From Eledone cirrhosa (lineage: Eukaryota): a stretch of 64,000 bases of DNA. Of the stretch, positions 38,461 to 52,534 are shown piece after piece (position 1 is the stretch's first letter; every line of letters begins with the position of its first letter). The stretch covers positions 170,314,001 through 170,378,000 of the forward strand of contig OZ024742.1 of NCBI GenBank assembly GCA_964016885.1, written 5' to 3'. Under the pieces are notes generated by a model. It made no database searches. It had not been told where the DNA came from and saw only the letters and a list, made by a program, of their open reading frames with translations. A program made the position numbers and the translations under genes.

Positions 38461-41400
38461 TTTCTTTTTTACCTTATTCATTGCTTGGAACAACAGTTGT
38501 GGGAGGAGAGTAGAGAGAAGACAGCACAGTGTAGTTCTTCAAATTTCTTCTAAATTATTGGATTGTTATAATAGGATGAGTTTAGTGTAGTGTGGCTAAT
38601 GTTTAGTTGAAACTGATGCAAGCATAGTTGTGTAGCTAAGGAGTTCACTTAGCAACCATGTGATTTCAGGTTCAATCCCACTGTCTGCCACCTTGGCCAA
38701 CTAACTGTCATTTACTATATCCTTGAGTTGACCAAATCCCTAGGAGTGAAATATGGTAGACAGAAATTAATGTGGAATTTTATCAGGTTAACATGGTCAT
38801 ATTAAAAAGAAAATGAATTATTTTTAATAAATTTTATACAAAGATACTTTTTCTCACAAGACCCACTTTAGGAAACACTAGTTAAAATTGATCATCATTA
38901 ATTAACTCCAGGTCAATCTTGATTGAAGAGACCTATGATCAAAGGCCATGACTATCCTGTTGTATTATTTTTTTAACTTCAGGTATATTCTATGTAGGAT
39001 GACATCTAATATGCTCTTTTTTAACTCTTAACAGACTGCAGTATTAGCAAAATATTCTTTGAAAAGTACAAAGCAGCACTATGACATCACATTAAGTATT
39101 AGTCTTTACTTGAATACTGTCCACTAGTAAAGATAATTAGGAGATAATTCATTTACCTTTGTGGAATATAGCCTTGGCCAGGAGGGGTTGATCTCATTGG
39201 TCAGTATCCAACATTCATTGTAAACTGTAGCACGCTCTCATTCATCTGCCAACAGTGATGGCTAAATCACTGCCTATCTTCTGGCTTCCAACTTATAAAG
39301 ATACTATAAACATTTGACTTAACGGACCTGTTTTTAGATGTTTTCTGCTAAATGATTACAGGCTGTTGAGTTAAAAGGCAATAGGGTATGATTTGAGGGA
39401 GATTTGATAGCTGTTTCTATCAGGTTGTACAACTACATAGTTTCCCTCATTGGCCTTCTTAGAAGTTCTCTTGTTGGTTTAACTCAAGGACTCAAAAAGA
39501 CCATTACATCCTGGGGTGGGCGAGGCACAGTGAGTCAAAAGTAAGATGGGGTGGGGGTGAGTTCCACCAGTTAATGCTAATTTGCAATATAGCTGATAGG
39601 CTGTTATTATTTTTCCTCAAAATGAATACACATATGATAGTAAGTTGGATATGTTAATTAGTACAAAATGTAGGAGGAGAAGTTTTCTGCTACAAATATT
39701 CCTTAATTTTGTTTTTACTTTTGGTAAATTCCTTAGAGAGAAACATGGTCAGTTTGCATTAGGTTGGCAGATGAAGCTTAATACTGCTGCAGCTGCAAGG
39801 GGAATGGAAGTGGTGAGGAACAAGTTACCAAGTTTGAGGAAAATATTAGTCATAAAAATTGTTCTAGTGTGGGTTATAGAAAAGTAGTTTGTGGTCTGCG
39901 TGCAGGCCAGTTATTTGAGAACCCTGGCTTGAACAATCATGTTAAGAAAATAAAAAGTCATTAGTTGATTTTATTGACTGCTGGTCTTTTGGAATTACAT
40001 TTACAACTCATTTTTGCTAGCAAGAAGGGACTGGAGCAATGTGAAATAATAAAGTGTGTTGCTGAAGCACACAACCAATCCACCACCAGGAATCAAACTC
40101 ATAACCTTACATTTGTGAGCTGAACATTCTAAACACTAATCTTGGTATTTCAAGGGATAATGGCATGTGAGGCTATGGCACAGAACTATGGGCTACATAG
40201 TCAAAAGAAAGCCTTAGTTCAACATTTATTTATTGTGTATTGATTCTGGTTATGGCACATTCACATAACTTGTTCCAGTTTAGTTGACAGAAAAAAAAAA
40301 ATGGGTTCCACTCCTACTTCACAGTTGAGTGATTAGTTGTAGAGGTGAGGGAAGGGGAAGGTATCCAACTGTAGAAACAATTGCACAAGCAAGGATATAA
40401 AAGAAATGTAAAACAAAACAAAAACAAAATATAAAAATATCTTTTAGAACCCTTTGTTCATAACTAAAATATGTGAGATCTAAGTCAGTATGCTTTTGTT
40501 ATCTGATTCTCTCCTGAAACATGCCCCCAAAAGGCCCTGCTTATAAGCCATAACCCCTACTCTCACTTATAAATAAAATGTTAATATATCTTGTAGGTGA
40601 CATTGAAGGATAATATAACCTACCATTATTGCTTATATCTTCCCAAACAATATGACTATATTGATTTCATTATGATTAGATAGAGTGTTGGAGATTTGAC
40701 TCTTTTGATACCACCCTTGCTTTTATGATACAAAACTGCTCCTTTTAAAGTGTTCACACTTAACTCTTTTCATACCAACACAGCCAAAATCAGCCCCGAA
40801 TCTGTGAAGCAAAATCACACATTTTAGAGAGTTCCCATTTAAATTAATATATTTCAATACAATTTTATAAGAGCCATATGTTAAATTACTATCTCAGTAA
40901 TTAAATAACTAATTTTTGTAAATCTCTCAAAATTCTTTGTTAATTAACTGACATAAGAGTGTATTTCACCAGAAATATGGTAATGAAAGGGTTAAATATC
41001 TTAAGTAATGTTGAGAACATAAGCTTAATGGCAAAACAAGTTATTTTACTGATTTCCTCCAAATTTAACATTGAAACGTATAAGCTGTATCTTTCATTAG
41101 AAATATGGTAAAGAATGGATTCAGTTTGGGGGACTGAAATATTTATAATGTAATCATGCCATCCAATGACACTAGTATCATAAAGTGATGAGGAAATGGC
41201 TACACTTTAAGAATGAAAAGTGGGTCAGACAAAGTTTGTTGGAGCCTACATAGATAGACAGCACAGACAGTACTTGCAATAACAGTAATTATTTGTTTTT
41301 CATAAAGGGAAATTGAAATAGAACATCATATTTTATGTTGTCATGTCATTTGAAATAACTGTAGTCTTAATTTTTCGCTGCTGAAGTCTACTAATGCTTC

Positions 41401-43109
41401 TACATCAACCCTTTTGATAACAAATTCCCTGAAACTACTCCTGCTTGTATGAGAGTTGTTTGTTTTAAACTGTTCATATTAAATTCTAAACCTTCCATCA
41501 TAATTTTCTGTCAAAAGGAAATAAGATGATATTTCAGTCCCCAAACAACAACCTCCCTAGTGCTGTTGTCATGATAAAAAACACCCAGTGCCACCTGTAG
41601 AAAGATGCAGATCCTGGTCTGCCCGAGAGATCAGTAACTCTATTCAGGTACTGACTTGCTCTGAAATGACCCATTCAACCTTTGCTTGCAGGGAAAACTG
41701 ATGATGATGTTGAAACTTTTGTTTCAATGACCAGCTTAAAAATAACCAAGTTAGTTATTACTAAATCCCTTGCAAATAGTTTTATAATTTTCAAAATTAA
41801 AATTGAAAATCTGCCTGTCATTTGAAGTCGTCATCATTTTGAGTGCTTTTAGTTGTGTCAACCCAGTTTACCACTCAATTTAACGCCCTCATCTAGCTCT
41901 TGGGTGTTATTATCAGTCCACCCAGTTTTAACATCACCACCTGACCTTTGGGTACCACTCTGTTGCACGCATCTGCAGAGAGGTCTCTAGTTTGAGGATA
42001 TTTTCCCCTTCCCACCAGTTTTAGGAGGAGGAGACTTAAAAGGGTCATGGTCACTGTTCTTCTTTCCTTAACTATTACCATATTTCTGACACTATGATTT
42101 TTAAATCATTTTTAAAATAATCAAGAATTTGGAGGGATTTTAACTAACTTTCTCATTATAAAATTGGTGTTTGGCACATAATGTAGCAAAGGTACTTTAA
42201 TAAAATTATGATGGACTGTTTTTATATAAAAGCAGTTTTGTATCATAGAACCAGGCGCAGATTCTGGTGGTTTAGTATCAAAAGAGTTGATAATATCTGA
42301 ACTGAACTGACATTACATGAGTAACTGTGTAGAATATTACTAAACTTTAGTTATTACATTAGAAACATGTTTTTAAATGAAATATAGCTGCAAGCTCAGT
42401 TTTTTATTTAGTTAATAATTAAATCCAAGTGGGATGGAGTTAGTAAGTTTTTCTTTTGTCTTTTTGTCTTAATACTGTACACATGAAAAAGGCCTTGTTT
42501 TAATTTTACATTTATTTTTAATATATGCACAACTAATCTATGAGTTATGGTGTCAAATCTGATTTTTGTCATTGAAATCCTTCTAATTATGAGCATAGTT
42601 AAACCTACTAACCTCAGGGAAAAATCAGTTTTATTGTGAATGTCAGCATAAGGCTGCCTGTCATCAACTCAGCTGGTTATTTTTATGATAGTGTTCTGTA
42701 AACTAACAAAAAAAAAAAACAAATAAAACAAAAAAAAGGATGACACCACACAAGTTGCTGATGTCAAAATAGTATAATAATAATTTCATATATTTTCTCC
42801 TAGAATGCCAGATGATTGGGACATTACAAAAAGTGGGTTTTACTAGGATCAGATGATAAGCAGGATGGGGGAATAATTATATAATTATTTCAAGTACCAC
42901 ATGGAAGCTGAAGCTGCAATAGGGTAACACCAGTGGAATTATTTGAGATAGTCCCTAGCACTCTGATGTGAGAAATGGATTACTTCCTCCATCTGAACAC
43001 ATTAAGTTATACGAGAGAAACACCATGAATAATATATAGACCAGGTGTATACTGCCATAGTATATAATGACAAAGACCAAAATGTATAAATGGACGAAAA
43101 AAACCACTT

Positions 43110-43360
43110 TAGTTACAAATAACCATGGATTTGCACCTTGAAAGTTCCCCTCTGGGGCACAGGCAAGGTGTTTTTGTGGAAGACCAGCAGTCACCCATGC
43201 ATACCAGTCTCCCTTCTCCACACCATCGATGTTGTCCAAGGGAAAAGCAAAGGCTGACCCAACTTGACACTAGTGACATTGCAACTCATTTCTATAGCTG
43301 AGTGAACTGCAGCAACATGAAATACGTGTGTAGTGTCTTGCTCAAGGACACAACACTTCA
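43110..43360 (-). mobile_element. CORE-type SINE variant with a different 3' module
   Basis: Reverse CORE-like segment gtgtcttgctcaaggacacaacac and ctcatttctatagctgag, followed by a 3' part unlike the 24233 copy. Confidence 0.6.
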
Positions 43361-44131
43361 CCATCTCCAATCGTCACATACACACACACACACACACACA
43401 CACATGGCTTAGTGGTTAGAGCATTGGGCTTGCAATCGGAAAGGTGTGAGTTCGCTTTTTGGAGACATATTTCACATTGCTCCAGTTTACTTAGCTGTAA
43501 TCGACTTTCCCCTTCCCTTCAAATTGCTGGCCTTGTGCCTAAAGAAGAAACAATTATTATTATTTTTATAATATATTGCTTGCACAGTAAATATAATTAT
43601 TGGCTCTTCTAGGACCAGTTAGGTCTCAACTAAGACATTAGAGAGACTACTTTCCCAGCTATATATATATATATACACGGTACCTCAACAACAGGACAGT
43701 CTTTTGTAGGAGAGCAATTTGTAATTTGAAGTATATTTGCTTAAGATGATACTCTCAAAGCTCTGACGGTAACTTTACTACTGCTACTACTACTACTACT
43801 CAAAATGTGACCATGTGTATCCTGGTTTATAGAATAGGTACACCGTACCCTTGCATATTGGAAGAAGCAACTAAAAGGGTTTGATTCAGGAAGGGTATCT
43901 GCTTGTAAAACATTGCTATAAAATATCCTGTCCAGCCCATCCATGCCAGCATGGAAAAATAGACACAAGAATGATCACATACACATGCATGAACACATGT
44001 GTATACTTGGAGAACATCTAATGTTCCCTTGATATCATTATATTCTTGTCCTCTGCTTCATATTACATCAAAGAATTTGGCTCTTTGATATAATGAATTA
44101 GTTTTTGCATCTGTATGTATATGTATGTATG

Positions 44132-44186
<55 letters not shown>

Positions 44187-44624
44187 ATATATGTATATGT
44201 ATATTTGGGACAGCTGTTGAACCATTACATTTTTCTAACTTTCTGGTTGCAGGCTTCAGGCCACCCTGTTTCTTTTCTATGCATTTTTCAAAATTGATTT
44301 TCTATAAAACTTTCAATTTATTTTTCTACTACTTAGATTGAATTTATGATATTTTCATTGATTTTTTTGTTGTTGTTTTGTTTTTAAATAAACCCAAACA
44401 ATTTATCTCTGCAATATCCTGTTCACATTTCTGTGTTACTGTTCAGCAGTAAGGAAATAATTTTGTGATTCTTACTGCAGTAAAAACTAAAACAAAATAT
44501 GCAGTGTTGTGAAACACTGCATTAAAGAGGGTTGCTGCAAATCATGTAGTGGGTGGGTGTGTGGATGGGTTGGGAGGGGGCGATTTTCGTTTTTTGTGTC
44601 TTGCTCATGTTTCATTTTTGTATG

Positions 44625-45170
44625 ACTTCTATGATTGGATGCCCTTCCCAATTCCAAATACTTTACAGTGTGTACTGAGTACATTTTATTGTGGCACCAG
44701 CACTATCACTTTGTGAAGTATACTGAGTACATTTTATTGTGGCACCAGCACTTTCACTTTGTGGAGTATACTGAGTACATTTTATCATGGCGCCAGCAGT
44801 CACTTTATGGAGTATACTGAGTGCATTTTATCATGGCACTAGCACTTTCACTTTACAGTGTGTACTGTGAGTATTTTATCATGGCACCAGGACTACCACT
44901 TTACAGAGTGTACTGGAAGTATTTTATCATGGCACTGGCACTGCCACTTAACAGTGTGTACTGTATTTTATCGTGGCACCAGTACTACCACTTTATCGAG
45001 TGTATCATCATCATCATCGTTTAACGTCTACCTTCCACGTTAGCATGGGTTAGACGGTAGTGGGTGCATTTTATTGTGGCACCAGCACTACTACTTTACG
45101 GAGTATGCTGGGTGCATTTTACTGTGGCTCCAGCAGTACCACTTTACAGGGTGTACAGGGTATATTTTAT
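44625..45170 (-). repeat. Tandem ~43-bp monomer array of the RTE-tailed element, interrupted by a tail-only insertion
   Basis: About 11 monomers like those at 430-910; catcatcgtttaacgtc...tagacgg inserted at 45004-45057. Confidence 0.8.
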
Positions 45171-47719
45171 CTAAAATACAGAGGAGCTGTGATGATTGAA
45201 TGTTATCAGATGACCAAGTTTAAGTGTTGGTAGTTGGATTATTAGATTGCTGATTTGAAACTTTAATAAGATAATTATGTGGCCTTTACATTACTACAGA
45301 TTTAAAGCATGTTTTGAAGTAGTGGATGATAATTGTTTATAGCATCAGATTCTTATTTTTACCATCTTTTAATCATCATAAGTTGTAGCTTGGCTCCAGG
45401 TCAGCCTTGATTAAGCAGGATCATATTTTTAGTTCTTGTACTAGACGTATGTTGTGTTTTTTTAACAAAACATTTCATTTCACACTGCTTTTCATATGGC
45501 CCTTGGGAGTTTATCATTAAAACACCCAAGTCTCCTATGGGATACAAGCCCATAAGAGAGACATGTAAACCTGCATGGGAGTGAGCTCTAACAATAGCAA
45601 CATGATAGGAACTGGGGTTCCTATCATTAAAATATCCGAGAAACATTTTAATAGGTGCAACTTTATATGGGACCAACTAGATCTGCATAGCTGAGAGCTT
45701 TAAATGAGGATTTTGTTGCTTTTTACAGTGTTTTGTTGTTGGTTTAATGCTCACTCATTGAGGATTGTCTTTTAATCTATTGACAACCTGTTGCTAGACA
45801 TCAGGGCATACCCACATACCTGGGATACATGTCACAGTTATGGGGCCATATCACTGGAGGTTTCTTTGAGGATTATCATACCCTTATTATATAGTTTAAA
45901 TAAGTCCTTACCTGCAAGGCAGCAAGGTGGGGCAGCCTAAAGGTGTTGACACCTGCTTTCTTCAGCATCCTGCCAGCACAACAGATTGCACTGTCAATAA
46001 TTTGTGGTATTGTGTTTTAACTCTTTTGATGCCAAACTGCTTGCAACTGCCACTAGTTCTTGTGATACAAAATTGTGTTTTAAAGTGTTTATATTTGTCT
46101 TAAAACCTTCCATCATAGTTCTGTGGTTCAAACTCTAGCTTCATCATCATTGTTTTTATGTCCACTATTCTATACTAGCATGGGTTTGGATGGTATGGTT
46201 TGAGACAATGTTATACAGCCAGTTGTCTTTCATGACACAAACCTTTGTAGACACCACTTATGGCATTTCATAGTATGCAGGGATATTGTGTGTCTATTCT
46301 ATAAACCAGGATACACATGCAATAATGAGAAATTATTTTGCTAAATCCCTTCAAATTCTTGATTATTTTCAAAATAGGCAGTGTCTTTCATTAGAAATAT
46401 GGTAATAGTAGAGGTTCAGAGTGTAGCTTAGCTGGATTTGACTGATAAATTGATCAACAATATGTGTACCAGACTAGTGTCAATATAATTGATTAAAAAG
46501 TCCTTGAAGACAGTTGCTCCATCATGGCCAAAATCATAGGACTGAAACCATTAAAGAAATTTTAATTAAGTGGGAGTGGAAAAATCTTATTCTTTTGTGA
46601 TACATAATGATCCATAGAGCTTATTTTTAGTTTTGTAGTGTTCAGCAGATGAGAGAAATCCCTGGATAGTCCATGGTGTATTTATTGCAGGTAGCTTTTT
46701 CAGAAGCTTTTTATGGTCATAGCTGGAATGGTCTTTGATCATAGGTCTGTCAGCTCTGATAGGGCTGACTTAGGGTTAAATAACAACAATAACTGTTGAA
46801 AGTTAACCATTTTGAAACTAACCTGGCCATCACTTGTTCTAGTTCTATGAAATAAAACCACCCATTTTAAAGTGTTATTATTTAAATTAAAATCTTCCAA
46901 GATGTTAAATTACTATCTTAGTAATTAAATAATTAATAAATTAAATAACTAACTAAATAAATAAAATAATTAATAGTAAGGCTTTCAATATACTTCATTA
47001 ATTAATCAAAATTGTGAATTTCATAAAAGGGTTAGGTGTCGTCACCATCAAGTAAAACAATATCTGATACATGATATGAATTGTCAACCTCTCTGTCTCT
47101 TATCTGGTTCTTTCAATCATGTCCATCTTTAGGCGCTCTAATATTTAGAACTCTTTATATAAGCACAGAAATGATTTTGTATAATCTTTAATTTCAGCTT
47201 ATTATACCTGAAAGCAAAAGTAACTACTAATTTTCTGAATCAGGTTCATTGTATGTATATCAGTGTGTGGTTATATGTGTATTAGAGTGTATTAGAGTAT
47301 GTGTGCATAAATATTGTTTTAATTTAATATTAATGAAGGCAGGTGGACTAATGGGGAGGTTATTTGACAGGCTATCATAATGTCATGGGTTTGATTCTTG
47401 ATATGTTGTTTTTGTTCAAGATACTTTATTTCATACTACTTTTTTTATCAGGAGTTGTGACTGACAGATAGTATCAGCAACAGCAAAACCAGTGGAAACA
47501 TTAATTTCTTGGTCCTGTTTAAAACAAACAATCAGCTCCTTTCATCTGCTATAGATTCCATTCTGTTCAACAATGGAAAGACTAATGGAAATTTTACCAT
47601 GGTCTAATCTGATGTTCAGCTCCTTTTCTATTACCCCCCCCCCCCCTTTATTTATTTATTAACTTAATATAAAGGATGTAAATATGTTGAAATAACTAAT
47701 CTATTTTATTTTTTTGAAG

Positions 47720-47872
47720 GTACAAGTTGCCATAAAATGCCTGAGTCGGGATCGTATGCAAAATGGTGTGGCGGAATTCCTGAAAGAGGCTAACATTATG
47801 CAAACCATTGACCATGAGAACATTGTGCGAATGTTTGGAGTAGTCTTGGACAAAGAAAGCTCTCTCATGTTG
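47720..47872 (+). CDS. PR2: Ack/PR2-like tyrosine kinase, coding exon B (VAIK lysine, alphaC Glu)
   Basis: ttttgaAG acceptor, GTAAGT donor at 47873; 153 nt, phase 0/0; VQVAIKCLSRDRMQNGVAEFLKEANIMQTIDHENIVRMFGVVLDKESSLML. The VAIKCL motif resembles ACK1 VAVKCL. Not in the supplied ORF track. Confidence 0.93.
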
Positions 47873-48475
47873 GTAAGTTGAGATTCCATTGTTTAATAAT
47901 TCTGAATACTTGTTTCACCCCATTGTTTATTTCTTGTTTTATGTTGCTCATTCTTGTATTGTTGACCTTGTATTATATTTCACGTTGAGAAAAAAACAAA
48001 TATCATGCAGATATACAAATAAATACTCACACATACCACCTCCAGACAATTATACACTCACTCACCCACTCATAGACAATGTCAGATGTGTTAAAGGCAC
48101 GTGGCCTAGTAGTTAGTGCTGGGCTCACAACCATAAGGTCATAGTTTCAATTCCTGGACTGAGGGTCACATTGCATTCTGTGAACAAGACGTTTCATTTT
48201 GCTTTACATAGGTCTGGGTCCTTTATTAAAATACCCAAGAATCCTCCTATGAGATACAACCTTGTTGGTGACCAGCTAAACCTACATAGGTGTGAGCTGT
48301 AACAACAACATAGGACAAGAAACCTCCTATAAGATACAACTTTGTAGGAGACCAGCTAAACTTACTGTATTTTACTCTATATCTCTTTCTCATTTCTCTT
48401 TATCACTCTTTCTTTACTCTGGAAGAAATCTGCTGTATTCAGATCAGGAGAGGAGATGGGCTCCATCAGATTTAA

Positions 48476-48696
48476 CCGTTTAGCATTTACATTGCTCTAT
48501 ATTTACTATTATATTTTCACAGTAAAGGCTTTACCTCACGTAATTATCTTGCATAATATTGAATCTATGAAATTTTGATATTATTTATTTTGAAAACAAT
48601 ACCTTAACATCAGTATAAGTGGCTGGTTATAACTGGTTTGAACAGAAAGATGTGAGAGAATTCTGGCCGGATATGACCAGTTTAAATGCTAAAGTG
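48476..48696. mobile_element. TTAA MITE family 1, inserted in a SINE variant
   Basis: TTAA|ccgtttagcattta ... taaatgctaaagtg|TTAA. Confidence 0.8.
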
Positions 48697-51600
48697 TTAA
48701 CGTTGTATGTCACTATAGTGCTCCAATTACTCTACCAGGACTTATAACTCCATACTTACATACCATTATTTCCTTATTTGTTTCCACTCACTGTATCTAT
48801 TCATTTCACACATTTATAAACATCTGGTTGACTTAAGAGACAATGGGAATATTTGAAATTTCAAATAATGTGTCCCAACCCAAATGACCATTATAAGAGT
48901 TGATCACTATAAATAATAGCATATTTTGCTCAATTTTCTCAACTATTATTTATAGCAATCCACTCCCTTTATGATCTGAGTTCAAATCCCGCCGAGGTTG
49001 ACTTTGCCTTTCATCCTTACGGGGTCGATAAAATAAAGTACCAGTAATGCACTGGGTAATTGCTGGCCTTGTGCTTAAAGTAGAAACAATTATTATAATC
49101 ATTTACATAGTGACAACTACATTTCATATAATGATTTTGTGGAAATTCTTCTACTTCTTACTACATTTTTGTTGGTTGCATTTCTTGGACTAAAGATTTA
49201 GAACTTCCTCCTACATAATTATACGCCATAGCAATTTCATTTTCTCAAATAAAGATTTTTTTTATTTTTTTTTATTAAATTAGTTTTTTATTACAAAAAT
49301 ACAAACTAGAATACAGTTCTTTTAGAAAGCTTGCAATTGAATAAACATTTTTGAACACTAATAGTGCATCTGTGTTTCAATAGTGCAAGGTTCATAGCTA
49401 GTGAAATTTTGTCAAAATGTATATGTATGCACAGATATATGTATGTATGTATATATATATTTATACATGTATACCAAGTATAGGTGATAACTAATACCTT
49501 TCTAAAATATTTATCTCTAAAAAATGTGACACATGAAATTAAGTTTCCTCTTATAAAATTATCTTCTGCTGATAAAAATATAATTGAATGAATAAAAAAA
49601 TAACTTTGTTATAATTAGGAGATAAAATGTTTGAAAAACTGAAAATTCTGTATTCCATTGGTGAGATTGCTTTTTTAAAAATTCTGATTTGTTTATTTTA
49701 TTTTATAGATAAAACTTATATAAGCTAAGAATTCTTAGTCTTTCTTTCTTTACTTAGCTAAAAATTTATAGCTTTTTAAAATGTCATGCTGGAAAGATTG
49801 GATCATATTAAATCATTGAAGATATACACTGTAACTTAATGTTAGTTTGTACTCAAAAGCTGTAATAAACCTTTTGATACAAAACTACCTGAACCACCTC
49901 TTGTTCTATGAAACCCTTTTGGTATCATATTTCTAATGAAACACACTGCCTATAATTTTGGAATCATTTTGAAAATAATTTGAAATATAACTAAATTTCT
50001 CATGAAGCTGGTGTTTGGAAATGTTCTTCAACAAAATTATGATGGAATGTTTTTTGATGATATAAACACTTTAAAAGAAGAGTTTTGTATCATAGAATCC
50101 AGGGTGATTTCAGGTGATTTGATATCAAAATGGTTTCTAATCATCTGAAGAACATCTATCATAATTTATATGTTAGAATCTTTAAGTTCCAAACAATCCA
50201 GGTGCTAAACTGATTGTATGTTCAAACCTTGCTACAGCATTGGATTGTATCTGGTCTGAATATTATAAACCAGTAGATGAGGCAGGGTTGGAAAGAAAAC
50301 GTTAACCCTTTCATTGTCATATTTCTAATGAAATACACAGCCTATAATTTTCAAATAATTATGAAAATAAATAATTTAGAAGGATTTTGTAATAATTGTT
50401 TTCATTATTAAGCTGGCATTAAGAATATAACACATTTGTTCTTACATGAAATTATGATTGAAGGTTTGTAGATAAATATTATATTCCAATCCTGTATGAG
50501 CAAGTCATGGTCGTCAGACCTGGCTTGTCTCACATTGAGGCAACTCATCTAACCCATGCTAGCTTGGAAAAATGGACGTTAAATGGTGGTGATGATGATG
50601 ATTGAAAGATACTGCCTATGAGTTGCATTTAATTTTGAAAATAAAGAATTGGAGAGATTTAGTAATATAACTGTTTTGGAACATAACTTAACACAGGTTC
50701 TTACATGAAATTATGATGGCTTTTAGATATGTAATAAACACTTTAAAACAGTTTTGTGTCCTTGAACCTGGGACAGTTTGGTGTCAAAAGCATTATGGGA
50801 TTGTTGTCTACAATTGAATCACTCCCATAAATTATTTTCCTTATTTTAAAAACTTACATTGTTACTTTTGTTTTATTTTGTCTTAGGATTATAAATATAT
50901 CTAGTCCTTCGTTTTATTGTTTTGTCTCTTAACAACTTTAGCGAGGAAAAAGAACTACTTGAATTTTCAACAAGAACTACTTGAATTACTTTTAGTTAAA
51001 AAAAAAAATGGTTTTAGACAAAACACACATTCGTGTTAATGTTCTTTTATAAAATAATCCTCTCAAATTCTTTTTTTTTTTTTTTTTTTTTTAAATTTTG
51101 GTGAGAATTATGGCTTTCTTCAGCATTATAATTCTTATTCCATTTTATTTACTATTTTTGGTTGTGTTTAGAGCAGAACATGATAGATTCCACACACCAT
51201 CTGGCTGGCTATGTTTATGTAGATAGCAAATTCTTTGTTTAATTGAGTCAAGTTGCTTTCATTTTTTTTTAAATTATCTACTGTGATATTTGGGCATTTA
51301 TTTCTAGTGAGGGATGGGGAGAAAAAGGAGTTGATCCCCAGATTGGTCAAAGGAAACAATGTTTCCAGTGCTCTTTCCATTACTTATTCTATTTGCTGGT
51401 CACAACTCTTCGCATCAGGGGCAATGTAAAATAAAGAATTGAACCCACAGCCTTATGACTGAATCCACCACCAAAACCACTAGGTCTCAGGTCTTGGTAA
51501 GAAAATATATAATTAGTGCTGTATGAGCTTGACATGATCATCTGACCTCAACTTGCCTCAAATAGGACAGCATGTGTTGCCCATGCTAGCATGGAAAATG

Positions 51601-51871
51601 GACGTTAATCAGTGATGGTTATATATATATACTGTATATCTCCGTAGATGAAAGATCAAGGACAATGCTCAATCTATTGCAAGAGAGCTTATTTAGTATA
51701 AACAAAGTTTCACATATTGGTTGGTTTGGGGGTCCAGTTATGGCCACCACTCCGAATGAAGGGTCAGTTTAAAAGTGCCTCCTTCAGTATGCAGTAGTGG
51801 CCATAACTGTACCTGGAAAACAATGGTAGCACATACATGTAAGTGTATGGGACGTTGTTTATACTATGTAT

Positions 51872-52222
51872 ATCATTTCATCATTTCATTCATTTCATTT
51901 TACGTCCGCTTTTTCCCTGCTTGCAAGGGTGGGACGGGAACTGATTCTGGCTTGATTTCTACAGCTGGATGCCCTTCCTAACACCAATTTCATTTTACAG
52001 TGAGTGCTGGGTGCTTTTTTTGCTGTGGCACCTCCACGACCACTTTGCAGTGGAATGATATGGACCCCAGTCCCTATCATCTCATTTCTACAGCTGAGTA
52101 AACTGGAGCAATGTGAAATAAAGTGTCTTGCTCAAGGAAACAACACATCACCCGGTCTGAGAATTGAACTCACAACCTTTCGATTGCAAGGCCAATGCTC
52201 TAACCACTAAGCCATGTGCTTC
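51872..52222 (-). mobile_element. Full-length CORE-type SINE with RTE tail
   Basis: Near-identical reverse complement of 24233-24586; the spurious ORFs 24246-24446 and 52004-52210 translate almost identically. Confidence 0.9.
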
Positions 52223-52534
52223 TATATATATATATATAATATATATATATAATATATATATATAGAATATTTAAGTATCGTGAGAGAGAAGAGGTTTAAA
52301 GGGATAAGCGATACTTATAGTTAGTTGCCAAAAGGTTGTGCATTTGTGCTCAATACTTGTGCCTACACGAAGCGTTAATATTTAGCGGGCGAGAAAATAA
52401 GCAGAGCGGTTACAAATGAAAGGATTACAAAGGAGAATATATACTGTCAGAACATGTTTATATAACCCATGCTAGCGTGGAAGATGGACGTTAAACGATG
52501 ATGATGATGATGATTATATATATATATATATATA

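Noticed and set aside
42800-42925. Possible exon after ttttctcctag
   Set aside because: Early stops; the MPDDW peptide looks more like a decayed LINE remnant.
44225-44280. Possible extra exon after ctaac...ttgcag
   Set aside because: Acceptor-like but no suitable donor or kinase-like coding sequence; exons A and B already join seamlessly.
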